Shown piece after piece: positions 19,488 to 30,310 of a DNA stretch of 64,000 nt (within the stretch, counting starts at the first letter, position 1; the number at the start of each line of letters is the position of its first letter). The DNA comes from Staphylococcus phage VB_SavM_JYL01: sequence record MH159197.1; one strand, 5' to 3'. Made by a program: the position numbers and the translations under genes. The notes under the pieces were generated by a model. The model did no database searches. It worked only from the letters and a program-made list of their open reading frames with translations, and was not told the DNA's origin.

Positions 19488-22400
19488 ATGGCAATTAATT
19501 TTAAAGGTTCACCTTATTTAGATAGATTTGACCCGTCTAAAGATAGAACAAAAGTATTATTTAATCCTGATAGACCTCTACAACAGGCAGAATTAAATGA
19601 AATGCAGTCTATAGACCAATATTATTTAAAAAATCTAGGAGACGCTATTTTTAAAGACGGAGATAAGCAATCAGGACTTGGATTCACATTGTCTGAAGAT
19701 AATGTATTGACAGTAAACCCTGGTTATGTATATATCAACGGTAAAATAAGATATTACGATAATGATGATTCAGTTAAAATAACTGGTGTAGGTAAAGAAA
19801 CTATCGGTATTAAGTTAACAGAACGTATTGTTACACCTGATGAAGATGCTAGCCTATTAGACCAAACTAGTGGGGTACCAAGTTACTTCTCCAAAGGTGC
19901 AGATAGATTAGAAGAAAAGATGTCATTAACAGTTAATGACCCTACTTCAGCAACTATTTATACTTTCATGGATGGAGATTTATATATCCAATCAACTAAT
20001 GCTGAAATGGATAAAATCAATAAAGTATTAGCTGAACGTACTTACGATGAGTCAGGTTCATATAAAGTAAATGGTTTTGAGTTATTCTCAGAAGGTAACG
20101 CTGAGGATGATGACCACGTTTCTGTAGTTGTAGATGCAGGTAAAGCATACGTAAAAGGTTTTAAAGTAGATAAACCAGTATCAACAAGAATTAGTGTACC
20201 TAAATCTTATGACCTAGGAACAGCAGAAAACGAAAGTACTATATTTAATAAGTCTAATAATTCTATTAGTTTAGCTAATAGCCCTGTAAAAGAAATTAGA
20301 CGTGTTACAGGTCAAGTACTTATTGAAAAAGAACGAGTTACAAGAGGAGCTCAAGGTGATGGTCAAGACTTTCTTTCAAATAACACAGCATTTGAAATTG
20401 TAAAAGTTTGGACTGAAACAAGTCCTGGAGTTACTACAAAAGAGTATAAACAAGGAGAAGACTTCAGATTAACAGATGGTCAAACTATTGACTGGTCACC
20501 TCAAGGTCAAGAACCTTCAGGCGGTACCTCATACTATGTTTCTTATAAATATAATAAACGTATGGAAGCCGGTAAAGATTATGAAGTAACAACACAGGGT
20601 GAAGGGTTAAGTAAGAAATGGTACATTAACTTTACACCTTCAAATGGAGCTAAACCTATTGACCAAACAGTAGTATTAGTAGACTATACTTACTACCTGG
20701 CTCGTAAAGATTCAGTGTTTATTAATAAGTATGGTGATATTGCAATACTACCTGGTGAACCTAATATTATGAGATTAGTGACACCACCGTTAAATACAGA
20801 CCCTGAGAATTTACAATTAGGTACGGTTACAGTATTACCTGATTCAGATGAAGCAGTATGTATTTCGTTTGCAATCACTAGATTGTCTATGGAAGACTTA
20901 CAGAAAGTTAAAACAAGAGTAGATAACTTAGAGTATAACCAAGCAGTAAATGCTCTAGATGATGGTGCTATGGAAGGACAGAACCCTTTAACGCTACGTT
21001 CAGTATTTAGTGAAGGTTTCATTAGTCTTGACAAAGCAGATATTACACATCCTGACTTCGGAATTGTATTTAGTTTTGAAGACGCAGAAGCTACTCTAGC
21101 GTATACAGAAGCAGTTAACCAACCTAAGATTATTACTGGAGATACAACAGCTCATATTTGGGGTAGATTAATTTCAGCACCATTTACTGAGGAACGTACA
21201 ATCTATCAAGGTCAAGCATCAGAAACATTAAATGTTAACCCTTATAATATCCCTAATAAACAAGGTGTACTTAAGTTAACACCTAGTGAGGATAACTGGA
21301 TTGATACTGAAAATGTTACAATAACTGAACAAAAAACTAAGAAAGTAACTATGAAACGATTTTGGAGACACAACGAAAGTTACTATGGTGAGACTGAACA
21401 TTACTTGTATTCTAATTTACAATTAGATGCAGGACAAAAGTGGAAAGGTGAAACTTACGCTTACGATAGAGAGCATGGACGTACTGGTACTTTATTAGAA
21501 TCAGGAGGACAGCGTACTCTAGAAGAAATGATTGAATTCATTAGAATTAGAGATGTATCCTTCGAGGTTAAAGGTCTAAACCCTAATGATAATAACTTAT
21601 ATTTATTATTTGATGGTGTAAGATGCCCTATTACCCCTGCAACTGGTTACAGAAAAGGTTCTGAAGATGGAACTATTATGACAGATGCAAAAGGAACAGC
21701 TAAAGGTAAATTTACTATTCCTGCAGGTATTCGTTGTGGTAACCGAGAAGTTACACTCAAGAATGCTAACTCTACAAGTGCTACAACTTACACAGCTCAA
21801 GGACGTAAAAAAATCGTTCAAGATATTATTATTAGAACTCGTGTAACAGTAAACTTAGTAGACCCATTAGCACAATCATTCCAGTATGATGAGAACAGAA
21901 CTATATCATCACTAGGGTTATACTTTGCTTCTAAAGGTGATAAACAATCTAACGTTGTTATCCAAATTAGAGGTATGGGTGACCAAGGTTATCCTAATAA
22001 AACAATCTATGCAGAGACAGTTATGAATGCAGATGACATTAAAGTATCTAATAATGCTAGTGCTGAAACTAGAGTATACTTTGATGACCCTATGATGGCT
22101 GAAGGCGGTAAAGAATACGCTATTGTTATTATTACTGAGAACAGTGATTATACAATGTGGGTAGGTACTAGAACTAAGCCTAAGATTGATAAACCTAATG
22201 AGGTTATCTCAGGTAACCCATATCTTCAAGGTGTGTTATTCAGTTCATCAAACGCATCAACATGGACTCCTCATCAAAACTCTGACCTTAAATTTGGTAT
22301 CTATACTTCTAAATTTAATGAAACAGCAACAATTGAATTCGAACCAATTAAAGATGTATCTGCAGATAGAATCGTTCTTATGTCTACGTACTTAACTCCT

Positions 22401-22946
22401 GAGAGAACAGGATGTACATGGGAAATGAAATTAATTCTAGATGATATGGCATCTTCTACAACATTCGACCAGTTGAAATGGGAGCCTATCGGTAACTATC
22501 AAGACTTAGATGTTTTAGGTCTAGCAAGACAAGTTAAACTAAGAGCAACTTTTGAATCAAATAGATATATCTCACCATTAATGAGTTCTAGTGATTTAAC
22601 ATTCACTACATTCTTAACAGAATTAACAGGTTCATATGTTGGTAGAGCTATTGATATGACAGAGGCTCCTTACAATACAATAAGATTTAGTTATGAAGCT
22701 TTCTTACCTAAAGGTACTAAAGTTGTTCCTAAGTATTCTGCAGACGATGGAAAAACTTGGAAAACATTTACTAAATCCCCTACAACTACTAGAGCCAATA
22801 ATGAGTTTACACGCTATGTCATTGACGAGAAAGTAAAATCATCAGGAACAAATACTAAACTACAAGTTAGATTAGATTTATCAACTGAAAATAGCTTTTT
22901 ACGTCCTCGTGTTCGTAGACTTATGGTTACTACTAGGGATGAATAA
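19488..22946 (+). CDS. large tail protein; adsorption-associated tail protein in Kayvirus annotations (1152 aa)
   Basis: GAAAGGGAG RBS. Length and position correspond to the adsorption-associated tail protein of phage K-like viruses; this is from memory. No enzymatic motif recognised. Confidence 0.45.
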   Translation: MAINFKGSPYLDRFDPSKDRTKVLFNPDRPLQQAELNEMQSIDQYYLKNLGDAIFKDGDKQSGLGFTLSEDNVLTVNPGYVYINGKIRYYDNDDSVKITGVGKETIGIKLTERIVTPDEDASLLDQTSGVPSYFSKGADRLEEKMSLTVNDPTSATIYTFMDGDLYIQSTNAEMDKINKVLAERTYDESGSYKVNGFELFSEGNAEDDDHVSVVVDAGKAYVKGFKVDKPVSTRISVPKSYDLGTAENESTIFNKSNNSISLANSPVKEIRRVTGQVLIEKERVTRGAQGDGQDFLSNNTAFEIVKVWTETSPGVTTKEYKQGEDFRLTDGQTIDWSPQGQEPSGGTSYYVSYKYNKRMEAGKDYEVTTQGEGLSKKWYINFTPSNGAKPIDQTVVLVDYTYYLARKDSVFINKYGDIAILPGEPNIMRLVTPPLNTDPENLQLGTVTVLPDSDEAVCISFAITRLSMEDLQKVKTRVDNLEYNQAVNALDDGAMEGQNPLTLRSVFSEGFISLDKADITHPDFGIVFSFEDAEATLAYTEAVNQPKIITGDTTAHIWGRLISAPFTEERTIYQGQASETLNVNPYNIPNKQGVLKLTPSEDNWIDTENVTITEQKTKKVTMKRFWRHNESYYGETEHYLYSNLQLDAGQKWKGETYAYDREHGRTGTLLESGGQRTLEEMIEFIRIRDVSFEVKGLNPNDNNLYLLFDGVRCPITPATGYRKGSEDGTIMTDAKGTAKGKFTIPAGIRCGNREVTLKNANSTSATTYTAQGRKKIVQDIIIRTRVTVNLVDPLAQSFQYDENRTISSLGLYFASKGDKQSNVVIQIRGMGDQGYPNKTIYAETVMNADDIKVSNNASAETRVYFDDPMMAEGGKEYAIVIITENSDYTMWVGTRTKPKIDKPNEVISGNPYLQGVLFSSSNASTWTPHQNSDLKFGIYTSKFNETATIEFEPIKDVSADRIVLMSTYLTPERTGCTWEMKLILDDMASSTTFDQLKWEPIGNYQDLDVLGLARQVKLRATFESNRYISPLMSSSDLTFTTFLTELTGSYVGRAIDMTEAPYNTIRFSYEAFLPKGTKVVPKYSADDGKTWKTFTKSPTTTRANNEFTRYVIDEKVKSSGTNTKLQVRLDLSTENSFLRPRVRRLMVTTRDE

Positions 22947-22949
22947 ACT

Positions 22950-22977
22950 AGAGGGGTTGATTGACCCCTCTTTATTT
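22950..22977 (+). terminator. intrinsic terminator
   Basis: AGAGGGGT / ACCCCTCT 8-bp GC-rich stem, 6-nt loop, then TTTATTT. Confidence 0.7.
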
Positions 22978-22994
22978 AATAAGGAGAGATTTAT

Positions 22995-23153
22995 ATGCCT
23001 AGAGAAGTTAGAGACCCTTATTCTCAAGCTAAGCTATTTATACCTACAGTTGAAGAAAAATCAATTAAGGAATTAGAAAGAACATATAAGGAAAAAATTA
23101 ATGAAGTTGATAGACTTCTTAATGAATTAAAGAAAGAGAGAGGAGAAAAATAG
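22995..23153 (+). CDS. small protein (52 aa) not in the ORF track
   Basis: ATG 22995 is preceded by AAGGAGAG. The stop TAG overlaps the start of the next gene (TAGATG). Charged, likely helical peptide. Confidence 0.35.
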   Translation: MPREVRDPYSQAKLFIPTVEEKSIKELERTYKEKINEVDRLLNELKKERGEK

Positions 23154-25076
23154 ATGGCATTTAATTACACGCCTCTTACTGAAACACAAAAGTTAAAAGA
23201 TATGTACCCGAAGGTAAATGATATTGGTAACTTTTTAAAAACAGAGGTTAACCTTAGTGATGTAAAACAGATATCACAGCCTGATTTTAATAATATTTTA
23301 TCATCTATACCTGATAGCGGTAACTATTATGTAACTAATTCAAGAAATGCTCCTGCAGGAGAAGCAACAGCAGGATTTGTAAGATTAGATAAAAGAAATG
23401 TAAATTATTACAAAATATATTATTCACCTTATAGCAGTAATAAAATGTATATTAAGACTTATGCTAATGGAACAGTATATGATTGGATTAGTTTTAAATT
23501 AGATGAAGGTAGTTTATATAATGAGGGTAATACTATTAACGTCAAAGAACTTACTGAATCTACAACACAATATGCAACACTAGTTAATCCTCCTAAAGAG
23601 AACTTAAACACTGGATGGGTTAATTATAAAGAAAGTAAGAATGGTGTTTCTTCTTTAGTAGAATTTAATCCAGTTAACTCTACTTCAACTTTTAAAATGA
23701 TAAGAAAACTACCAGTACAAGAGCAAAAACCTAACTTACTTAGAGATAGTTTATTTGTTTATCCTGAAACAAGCTCTTCTAACATTAAAACGGATAATTG
23801 GGCTACACCTCCATTTTGGGGATATACAGCTAATAGTGGTCGTTCAGGAGTTAGATTTAGAGGAGAAAACACTATACAGATTGATGATGGTAATAGCACA
23901 TACCCTACAGCAATGACTAATAGATTTAAAATGGGTAATGAGCTTTCTGTAGGGGATACTATAACTGTATCAGTATATGCTAAAATTAATGACCCTGCTT
24001 TACTTAAAGATAACTTAGTTTATTTTGAACTGGCAGGATATGATACTGTAGATAGAACAGATAATCCTTATACAGGTGGTCGAAGAGAAATAACAGCAAG
24101 TGAAATAACTACTGAGTGGAAAAAGTATTCATTTACATTTACAATACCTGAAAATACGATTGGTGCGTCAGGTGTTAAAGTTAATTATGTGTCACTACTT
24201 TTACGAATGAATTGTTCTTCTAGTAAAGGAAATGGTGCAGTAGTATATTATGCTTTACCTAAATTAGAGAAATCATCTAAAGTAACTCCGTTTATTACAC
24301 ATGTAAACGATGTTCGTAAATATGATGAGATTTGGTCTAATTGGCAGGAAGTTATTAGTAAAGATGAATTAAAGGGTCATTCCCCTGTAGACATTGAGTA
24401 TAATGATTACTTCAAGTACCAATGGTGGAAGTCAGAAGTTAATGAGAAAAACTTAAAAGATTTAGCTATGACTGTACCTCAAGGCTATCATACTTTCTAT
24501 TGTCAAGGTTCTATTGAAGGGACACCTAAAGGACGCTCTATTAGAGGAACTATACAAGTGGATTATGATAAAGGTGACCCTTATAGAGCTAATAAGTTTG
24601 TTAAGTTATTATTTACAGATACAGAAGGTATACCATATACATTATATTATGGTGGTTACAACCAAGGTTGGAAGCCTTTAAAACAGCAAAGAACATCTAC
24701 AATACTTTGGGAAGGCACTTTGGATTACGGTTCAAAAGATACTATTCCTTTAAATGATTCATGGACTAACTATGACTTATTAGAAGTTGTATATCTGACT
24801 CAATCAGCGGGACATTATAAAACAATGTTTTTAGATTTAAGAATACCTACGACTCCGTATTTATATATAAGAGATTTTAATTTATCTAACAACTCTACAG
24901 GTTCAGGAGTAGACTTCTTTGAAGGATATTTAACTTTCCCTACAAATACTTCAGCAACACCAACTATGGTTAAAAAGGTTACTTTAAATGGGTCTACTAA
25001 TACAACATCTGTAACAGATTTTAATGCACAAGGAATAATAACTATATATAGAATAGCAGGAATTAACACACTTTAG
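23154..25076 (+). CDS. tail fibre / receptor-binding protein candidate (640 aa)
   Basis: N-terminus MAFNYTPLTETQKLKDMYPKVNDIGNFLKT is paralogous to the N-terminus of the 25471 gene. Position after the adsorption protein matches Kayvirus RBPs. Confidence 0.5.
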   Translation: MAFNYTPLTETQKLKDMYPKVNDIGNFLKTEVNLSDVKQISQPDFNNILSSIPDSGNYYVTNSRNAPAGEATAGFVRLDKRNVNYYKIYYSPYSSNKMYIKTYANGTVYDWISFKLDEGSLYNEGNTINVKELTESTTQYATLVNPPKENLNTGWVNYKESKNGVSSLVEFNPVNSTSTFKMIRKLPVQEQKPNLLRDSLFVYPETSSSNIKTDNWATPPFWGYTANSGRSGVRFRGENTIQIDDGNSTYPTAMTNRFKMGNELSVGDTITVSVYAKINDPALLKDNLVYFELAGYDTVDRTDNPYTGGRREITASEITTEWKKYSFTFTIPENTIGASGVKVNYVSLLLRMNCSSSKGNGAVVYYALPKLEKSSKVTPFITHVNDVRKYDEIWSNWQEVISKDELKGHSPVDIEYNDYFKYQWWKSEVNEKNLKDLAMTVPQGYHTFYCQGSIEGTPKGRSIRGTIQVDYDKGDPYRANKFVKLLFTDTEGIPYTLYYGGYNQGWKPLKQQRTSTILWEGTLDYGSKDTIPLNDSWTNYDLLEVVYLTQSAGHYKTMFLDLRIPTTPYLYIRDFNLSNNSTGSGVDFFEGYLTFPTNTSATPTMVKKVTLNGSTNTTSVTDFNAQGIITIYRIAGINTL

Positions 25077-25089
25077 GAGGTTAGATAAA

Positions 25090-25464
25090 ATGGCTAGACA
25101 ATTTGATATTGGTAGAGACGAAATAGTATTACACCTTAGAGATGGTAAATATATTACAGGATTTACAACGGCAGGAGCTTATGATGAAGACTTTGGTCAG
25201 GTTAAGGTTAATAGAGAAATTTTACCTGCTTACTTCTTTGATAACTTTGCTCTTGATAGATATCTATACTATAAAAAACCGGAAGAGGTTATAGAGAATA
25301 AAAACTATGTACCTCCTCAAATTAATAATAGTGATGAGGAATCTCAACAAAATACTGTACCTAAAGAACAATATGATAGTTTAAAAGAAGAGCTAGAACT
25401 TATGAGACAGCAACAAGAAGCTATGATGAAAATGCTTCAACAACTCTTAGGTCAAAAGGGGTAA
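25090..25464 (+). CDS. hypothetical protein between the two RBP-like genes; possible fibre assembly factor (124 aa)
   Basis: GGAGG RBS. C-terminal coiled-coil (LKEELELMRQQQEAMMKMLQQLLG). Confidence 0.45.
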   Translation: MARQFDIGRDEIVLHLRDGKYITGFTTAGAYDEDFGQVKVNREILPAYFFDNFALDRYLYYKKPEEVIENKNYVPPQINNSDEESQQNTVPKEQYDSLKEELELMRQQQEAMMKMLQQLLGQKG

Positions 25465-25470
25465 TAATAA

Positions 25471-26847
25471 ATGGCATTAAATTTTACTACAATAACGGAA
25501 AACAATGTTATTAGAGACCTGACTATTCAGGTCAATAACATTGGAGAAGAATTAACAAAAGAAAGAAATATATTTGACATTACGGATGATTTAGTTTATA
25601 ATTTTAATAAATCACAAAAAGTTAAATTAACAGATGATAAGGGTTTATCTAAATCTTATGGGAATATAACTGTAATTAGGGATATAAAAGAACCAGGTTA
25701 TTATTATATAAATGCAAGAACATTAGCTACATTATTAGATAAACCTGATATGGAATCAATAGATGTTTTACTTCATGTACTACCTTTAGATTCATCTACT
25801 AGAGTAGTACAGCATATATATACATTGTCTACTAATAACAATCAAATTAAGACATTATATAGGTTTGTTTCGGGAAACTCTAGTTCAGAATGGCAGTTTA
25901 TAACTGGATTACCTAGTAATAAAAATGCTGTTATTTCAGGAACTAATATCCTGGATATATCTTCACCAGGTATTTACTTTGTTATGGGAATGACAGGAGG
26001 AATGCCAAAAGGTGTAAGTTCGGGATTTTTAGATTTGAATATAGATGCTAATGATAATAGATTAGCTAAGTTAACTGATTCTGAAACAGGTAAAGAATAC
26101 ACTAGTATTAAAAAACCTACAGGTGTATACACAGAGTGGAAAAAAGAATTAGAACCTCAAGATATGCAAAAATATTTATTAAGTAGTATCAGGGATGATG
26201 GTAGTGCATCTTTCCCATTACTTGTGTACACTAGTGATAATAAGACTTTTCAACAGGCTGTTATAGACCATATAGATAGAACAGGGCAAACAACCTTTAC
26301 CTTTTATGTTCAAGGTGGTGTGACAGGTTCTCCTATGTCTAATAGCTGTAGAGGATTATTCATGTCAGATACACCTAATACATCTAGTTTACATGGTGTT
26401 TATAATGCAGTAGGTACTGATGGTAGAAATGTAACAGGCTCAGTAGTAGGTAGTAGTTGGACTTTTCCTAAAACATCACCGTCACATAAAGAATTATGGA
26501 CGGGAGCACAATCATTCTTATCCACAGGTACTACTAAGAATTTAGCAGATGATATTAGTAATTATTCTTATGTAGAAGTTTATACTAAACATAAGACATC
26601 AGAGAAAACTAAAGGTAATGATGATACAGGTACAATTTGTCATAAATTTTATCTAGACGGTAGTGGTACCTACGTTTGCTCAGGTACATTTGTATCAGGA
26701 GATAGAACCGATACAAAACCACCAATTACAGAATTTTATAGAGTAGGTGTATCCTTTAAAGGTTCAACATGGACTCTTGTAGATAGCGCAGTGCAAAATA
26801 GTAAAACTCAATATGTTACAAGAATTATAGGTATTAATATGCCATAG
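25471..26847 (+). CDS. second tail fibre / receptor-binding protein candidate (458 aa)
   Basis: N-terminus MALNFTTITENNVIRDLTIQVNNIGEELTK is paralogous to that of the 640-aa protein. Ser/Thr/Gly-rich beta-type C-terminal region. Confidence 0.5.
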   Translation: MALNFTTITENNVIRDLTIQVNNIGEELTKERNIFDITDDLVYNFNKSQKVKLTDDKGLSKSYGNITVIRDIKEPGYYYINARTLATLLDKPDMESIDVLLHVLPLDSSTRVVQHIYTLSTNNNQIKTLYRFVSGNSSSEWQFITGLPSNKNAVISGTNILDISSPGIYFVMGMTGGMPKGVSSGFLDLNIDANDNRLAKLTDSETGKEYTSIKKPTGVYTEWKKELEPQDMQKYLLSSIRDDGSASFPLLVYTSDNKTFQQAVIDHIDRTGQTTFTFYVQGGVTGSPMSNSCRGLFMSDTPNTSSLHGVYNAVGTDGRNVTGSVVGSSWTFPKTSPSHKELWTGAQSFLSTGTTKNLADDISNYSYVEVYTKHKTSEKTKGNDDTGTICHKFYLDGSGTYVCSGTFVSGDRTDTKPPITEFYRVGVSFKGSTWTLVDSAVQNSKTQYVTRIIGINMP

Positions 26848-26875
26848 ACTAGGAAACTTATCCTAGTCTTTTTTT
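26847..26875 (+). terminator. intrinsic terminator
   Basis: GACTAGGA / TCCTAGTC stem with an AACTTA loop, followed by a T7 run. The 5' arm overlaps the stop codon. Confidence 0.7.
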
Positions 26876-26876
26876 C

Positions 26877-26905
26877 TTGACTTGAGAAGGATTATGTGAT
26901 ATACT
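26877..26905 (+). promoter_or_regulatory. sigmaA promoter (TTGACT-17-TGaTATACT)
   Basis: It starts in the terminator T-run. Extended -10 present. Confidence 0.55.
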
Positions 26906-26936
26906 ATAACTCGTGTAAGGATATAAGGAGATTAAA

Positions 26937-28685
26937 ATGAGATTAAGAATTAAGAACTTATATACCTATGTAGAATTTGAGGAGGATGATAAATACTTAA
27001 AAGATATATTTTTAAAGAGAGTTCATACGACTATAGGAGCAAGGCAGGAGGGATTCCAGTATAGCCCTGCTTACAAAAGAGGTAGTTGGGATGGGTATGT
27101 AGACTTTTATGTTTATGAAGAAGATAAATTTCCCACTGGACTTTTATTTAAGATTGAGTTATTATTAGGGGAGTTACAATCAAGATATAACTTCCAGTTT
27201 GAAACAATTGATGAGCGTGATGAAAGTTTCTTAGCTGAGGAAGATATTGATGATGAAATAACATTACTTGATAATAATATTGGTCAAATTACTTTAAGAG
27301 ATTACCAATATGAAGCAGTATATAATAGCTTAACATTTTACAATGGTATTGCTCACTTAGCCACTAACGGAGGTAAAACGGAAGTTGCTAGTGGTATTAT
27401 AGACCAACTATTACCTCAGTTAGAAAAAGGAGAAAGAGTAGCATTTTTCACAGGCTCTACAGAGATATTCCATCAATCTGCAGATAGATTAAGAGAACGT
27501 TTAAATATTCCTATAGGTAAAGTTGGTGCAGGTAAGTTTGATGTTAAGCAGGTTACAGTTGTAATGATACCTACATTGAATGCAAACCTTAAAGACCCTA
27601 CACAAGGGGTTAAGGTTACACCTAAACAAAATATTAGTAAAAAAATTGCACAAGAGATATTACCTAAATTTGAAGGTGGTACAAACCAAAAGAAATTATT
27701 AAAAGTATTACTTGATAATACAACACCTAAAACAAAAGTAGAACAAAATGTATTAAATGTTTTAGAATTAATTTACCAAAATAGTAAAACTGATGCAGAG
27801 GTCTTGTTAAACTTAAAAAAACATAATGCACATTTCCAAAAAGTTGTTAGAGAAAAGAATGAAAAGAAATATGATAAATATCAAGATATGAGAGACTTTT
27901 TAGATTCAGTGACTGTTATGATAGTTGATGAAGCACATCACTCTAAATCAGATTCGTGGTATAATAATCTAATGACATGTGAAAAAGCTTTGTATAGGAT
28001 TGCATTAACGGGTTCTATAGATAAAAAAGATGAATTACTATGGATGAGATTGCAGGCTCTATTTGGTAATGTTATTGCACGAACTACTAATAAGTTTTTA
28101 ATTGATGAAGGTCATTCTGCTAGACCAACAATAAATATTATACCTGTAGCTAATCCTAATGACATAGATAGAATTGATGATTACAGGGAAGCTTATGATA
28201 AAGGTATAACAAATAATGATTTTAGAAATAAACTTATTGCAAAACTAACAGAAAAGTGGTATAATCAAGATAAAGGGACATTGATTATTGTAAACTTCAT
28301 CGAACATGGAGATACAATATCAGAAATGTTAAATGATTTAGATGTAGAGCACTACTTCTTACATGGAGAAATAGACTCTGAAACTCGTAGAGAAAAATTA
28401 AATGATATGAGAAGTGGTAAGCTTAAAGTAATGATAGCTACATCACTTATTGATGAGGGTGTAGATATATCCGGTATTAATGCGCTAATATTAGGTGCAG
28501 GAGGTAAATCGTTAAGACAAACATTACAACGTATTGGTCGTGCGTTACGTAAGAAGAAAGACGATAATACAACACAAATATTTGATTTTAATGATATGAC
28601 AAATAGATTTTTATATACTCATGCTAATGAGCGTAGGAAAATTTATGAAGAGGAAGATTTTGAAATAAAAGACTTAGGAAAATAG
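26937..28685 (+). CDS. SF2 DNA helicase
   Basis: Motif I NGGKTEV, motif II VDEAHH (DEAH), motif VI QRIGRALR. Confidence 0.8.
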   Translation: MRLRIKNLYTYVEFEEDDKYLKDIFLKRVHTTIGARQEGFQYSPAYKRGSWDGYVDFYVYEEDKFPTGLLFKIELLLGELQSRYNFQFETIDERDESFLAEEDIDDEITLLDNNIGQITLRDYQYEAVYNSLTFYNGIAHLATNGGKTEVASGIIDQLLPQLEKGERVAFFTGSTEIFHQSADRLRERLNIPIGKVGAGKFDVKQVTVVMIPTLNANLKDPTQGVKVTPKQNISKKIAQEILPKFEGGTNQKKLLKVLLDNTTPKTKVEQNVLNVLELIYQNSKTDAEVLLNLKKHNAHFQKVVREKNEKKYDKYQDMRDFLDSVTVMIVDEAHHSKSDSWYNNLMTCEKALYRIALTGSIDKKDELLWMRLQALFGNVIARTTNKFLIDEGHSARPTINIIPVANPNDIDRIDDYREAYDKGITNNDFRNKLIAKLTEKWYNQDKGTLIIVNFIEHGDTISEMLNDLDVEHYFLHGEIDSETRREKLNDMRSGKLKVMIATSLIDEGVDISGINALILGAGGKSLRQTLQRIGRALRKKKDDNTTQIFDFNDMTNRFLYTHANERRKIYEEEDFEIKDLGK

Positions 28686-28696
28686 GAGGGTAAGAG

Positions 28697-30310
28697 ATGG
28701 CAACAAGAACACAACGAAAGTTATACCAATATCTAGAAGAAAATGCTACAGAAAATAAATTTCATATTTCTACTAAGAAAGAGTTAGCAGATTCTCTAGG
28801 CGTTTCCATCTCTGCTTTATCCAATAACCTTAAAAAGTTAGAAGAAGAAAATAAAGTTGTTACTGTTTCTAAAAGAGGAAAAAATGGTGGAGTAATAATA
28901 ACTTTAGTTAGGGAATATGACACAGAAGAATTGAAAGAATTTAATAATTCTACAGATAATATCATTACTTCTGATTTACAGTATGCTAAAGCATTAAGAG
29001 AAAAGCACTTTCCTTCTTATAGATACGAGAGGAAAGAACAGCGTAGACGTACTAAGTTAGAAATGGCACAGTATAATGCTATTAAAGATGAAAAGAGAAG
29101 AATTATAGCAGATATGAACTTTCATTCAGAAGGTCTTCCTTATCCTTCTAAAGATATATTTAATATGTCTTATGACCCGGAAGGATTTTATAAAGCATAC
29201 ATTCTATGTAAGTTATATGACCAATATGCTATTTCTCATATGGATGCTAAACATACAAGCCATCTTAAAGCAATGAGTAAGGCAACAACTAAAGATGAAT
29301 ATGATTACCATCAACATATGTCTGAATACTATAGAAATAAAATGATTCAAAATTTACCTAGAAATAGTGTTAGTGATAATTTCTTCGGTAGTAAAATGTT
29401 TAATACTTTCTATAATTTTTATTTAAAAATAAAAGATAAAAATATTAATGTATTTAAATATATGCAAAACGTATTTAAGAATGTAACATTTTATTATGAG
29501 AATGGTATGCAACCTAATCCAATACCTTCTCCTAACTTCTTTAGTTCAGATAAGTATTTTAAAAACTATAATAATTATATTAAAGGAATAAAAAAAGGTG
29601 TTAATAGTACAAATAGACACTTAGGGGATACAGATAGTATTATTAATTCATCAGATTATGTTAAGAACCCTGCTGTATTACATTTACATCAATTATATAC
29701 TACAGGATTAAATTCTACTTTACATGATATTGATACTATGTTTGAGCAAGCCTTAGACCTTGAGAATGCTTCTTATGGACTATTTGGAGATATGAAACAT
29801 ATTATTTTACTACAATATAATTCTATGATTGAAGAAGAAATTAAGAACTTACCTACAGAAGAGAAAAGTATTATTAATAAATATGTAAAACAATGCATAA
29901 TTAATGATTACTCCCCAACAAGCATATCACCATCTGCAAGATTATCAATGTTTACTATGCAGAAAGAGCATATAGTTTATAATAAACAGTTAAACAGAGG
30001 AATCAAGAGAGAAGATTTATTACCATTAAGTCTAGGAGGTATAGTGAATAAAGATTCACTAAGTGGTATGGATATACAAAACTTAGAGCAGAATGGTAAT
30101 GAGTACCTATATATGAGACAACATACTTCAACTTATTATATACTAAGAATGTTTGGTGATTATCTAGGATATGAAGTAAACTTAAGAGAAGTAAAATATA
30201 TTGTAGAGAAATATAATTTAATTGATAAAATACCATTGACAAAAGAGGGTATGTTGGATTATAATAAACTTATACATTTAGTAGAGGAAGAGGTTAATAA
30301 CTATGAGTAA
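28697..30310 (+). CDS. replication-associated DNA-binding protein (Rep-like, 537 aa)
   Basis: N-terminal winged-HTH-like segment (KKELADSLGVSISALSNNLKKLEEENKV). It lies between two helicase genes. Confidence 0.45.
   Translation: MATRTQRKLYQYLEENATENKFHISTKKELADSLGVSISALSNNLKKLEEENKVVTVSKRGKNGGVIITLVREYDTEELKEFNNSTDNIITSDLQYAKALREKHFPSYRYERKEQRRRTKLEMAQYNAIKDEKRRIIADMNFHSEGLPYPSKDIFNMSYDPEGFYKAYILCKLYDQYAISHMDAKHTSHLKAMSKATTKDEYDYHQHMSEYYRNKMIQNLPRNSVSDNFFGSKMFNTFYNFYLKIKDKNINVFKYMQNVFKNVTFYYENGMQPNPIPSPNFFSSDKYFKNYNNYIKGIKKGVNSTNRHLGDTDSIINSSDYVKNPAVLHLHQLYTTGLNSTLHDIDTMFEQALDLENASYGLFGDMKHIILLQYNSMIEEEIKNLPTEEKSIINKYVKQCIINDYSPTSISPSARLSMFTMQKEHIVYNKQLNRGIKREDLLPLSLGGIVNKDSLSGMDIQNLEQNGNEYLYMRQHTSTYYILRMFGDYLGYEVNLREVKYIVEKYNLIDKIPLTKEGMLDYNKLIHLVEEEVNNYE

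Noticed and set aside
22186-22395. Plus-strand 69-aa ORF inside the 1152-aa tail protein gene (alternative frame), and 33976..34188 inside the sbcC-like gene.
   Set aside because: Embedded out-of-frame in long, conserved-looking genes. No RBS.
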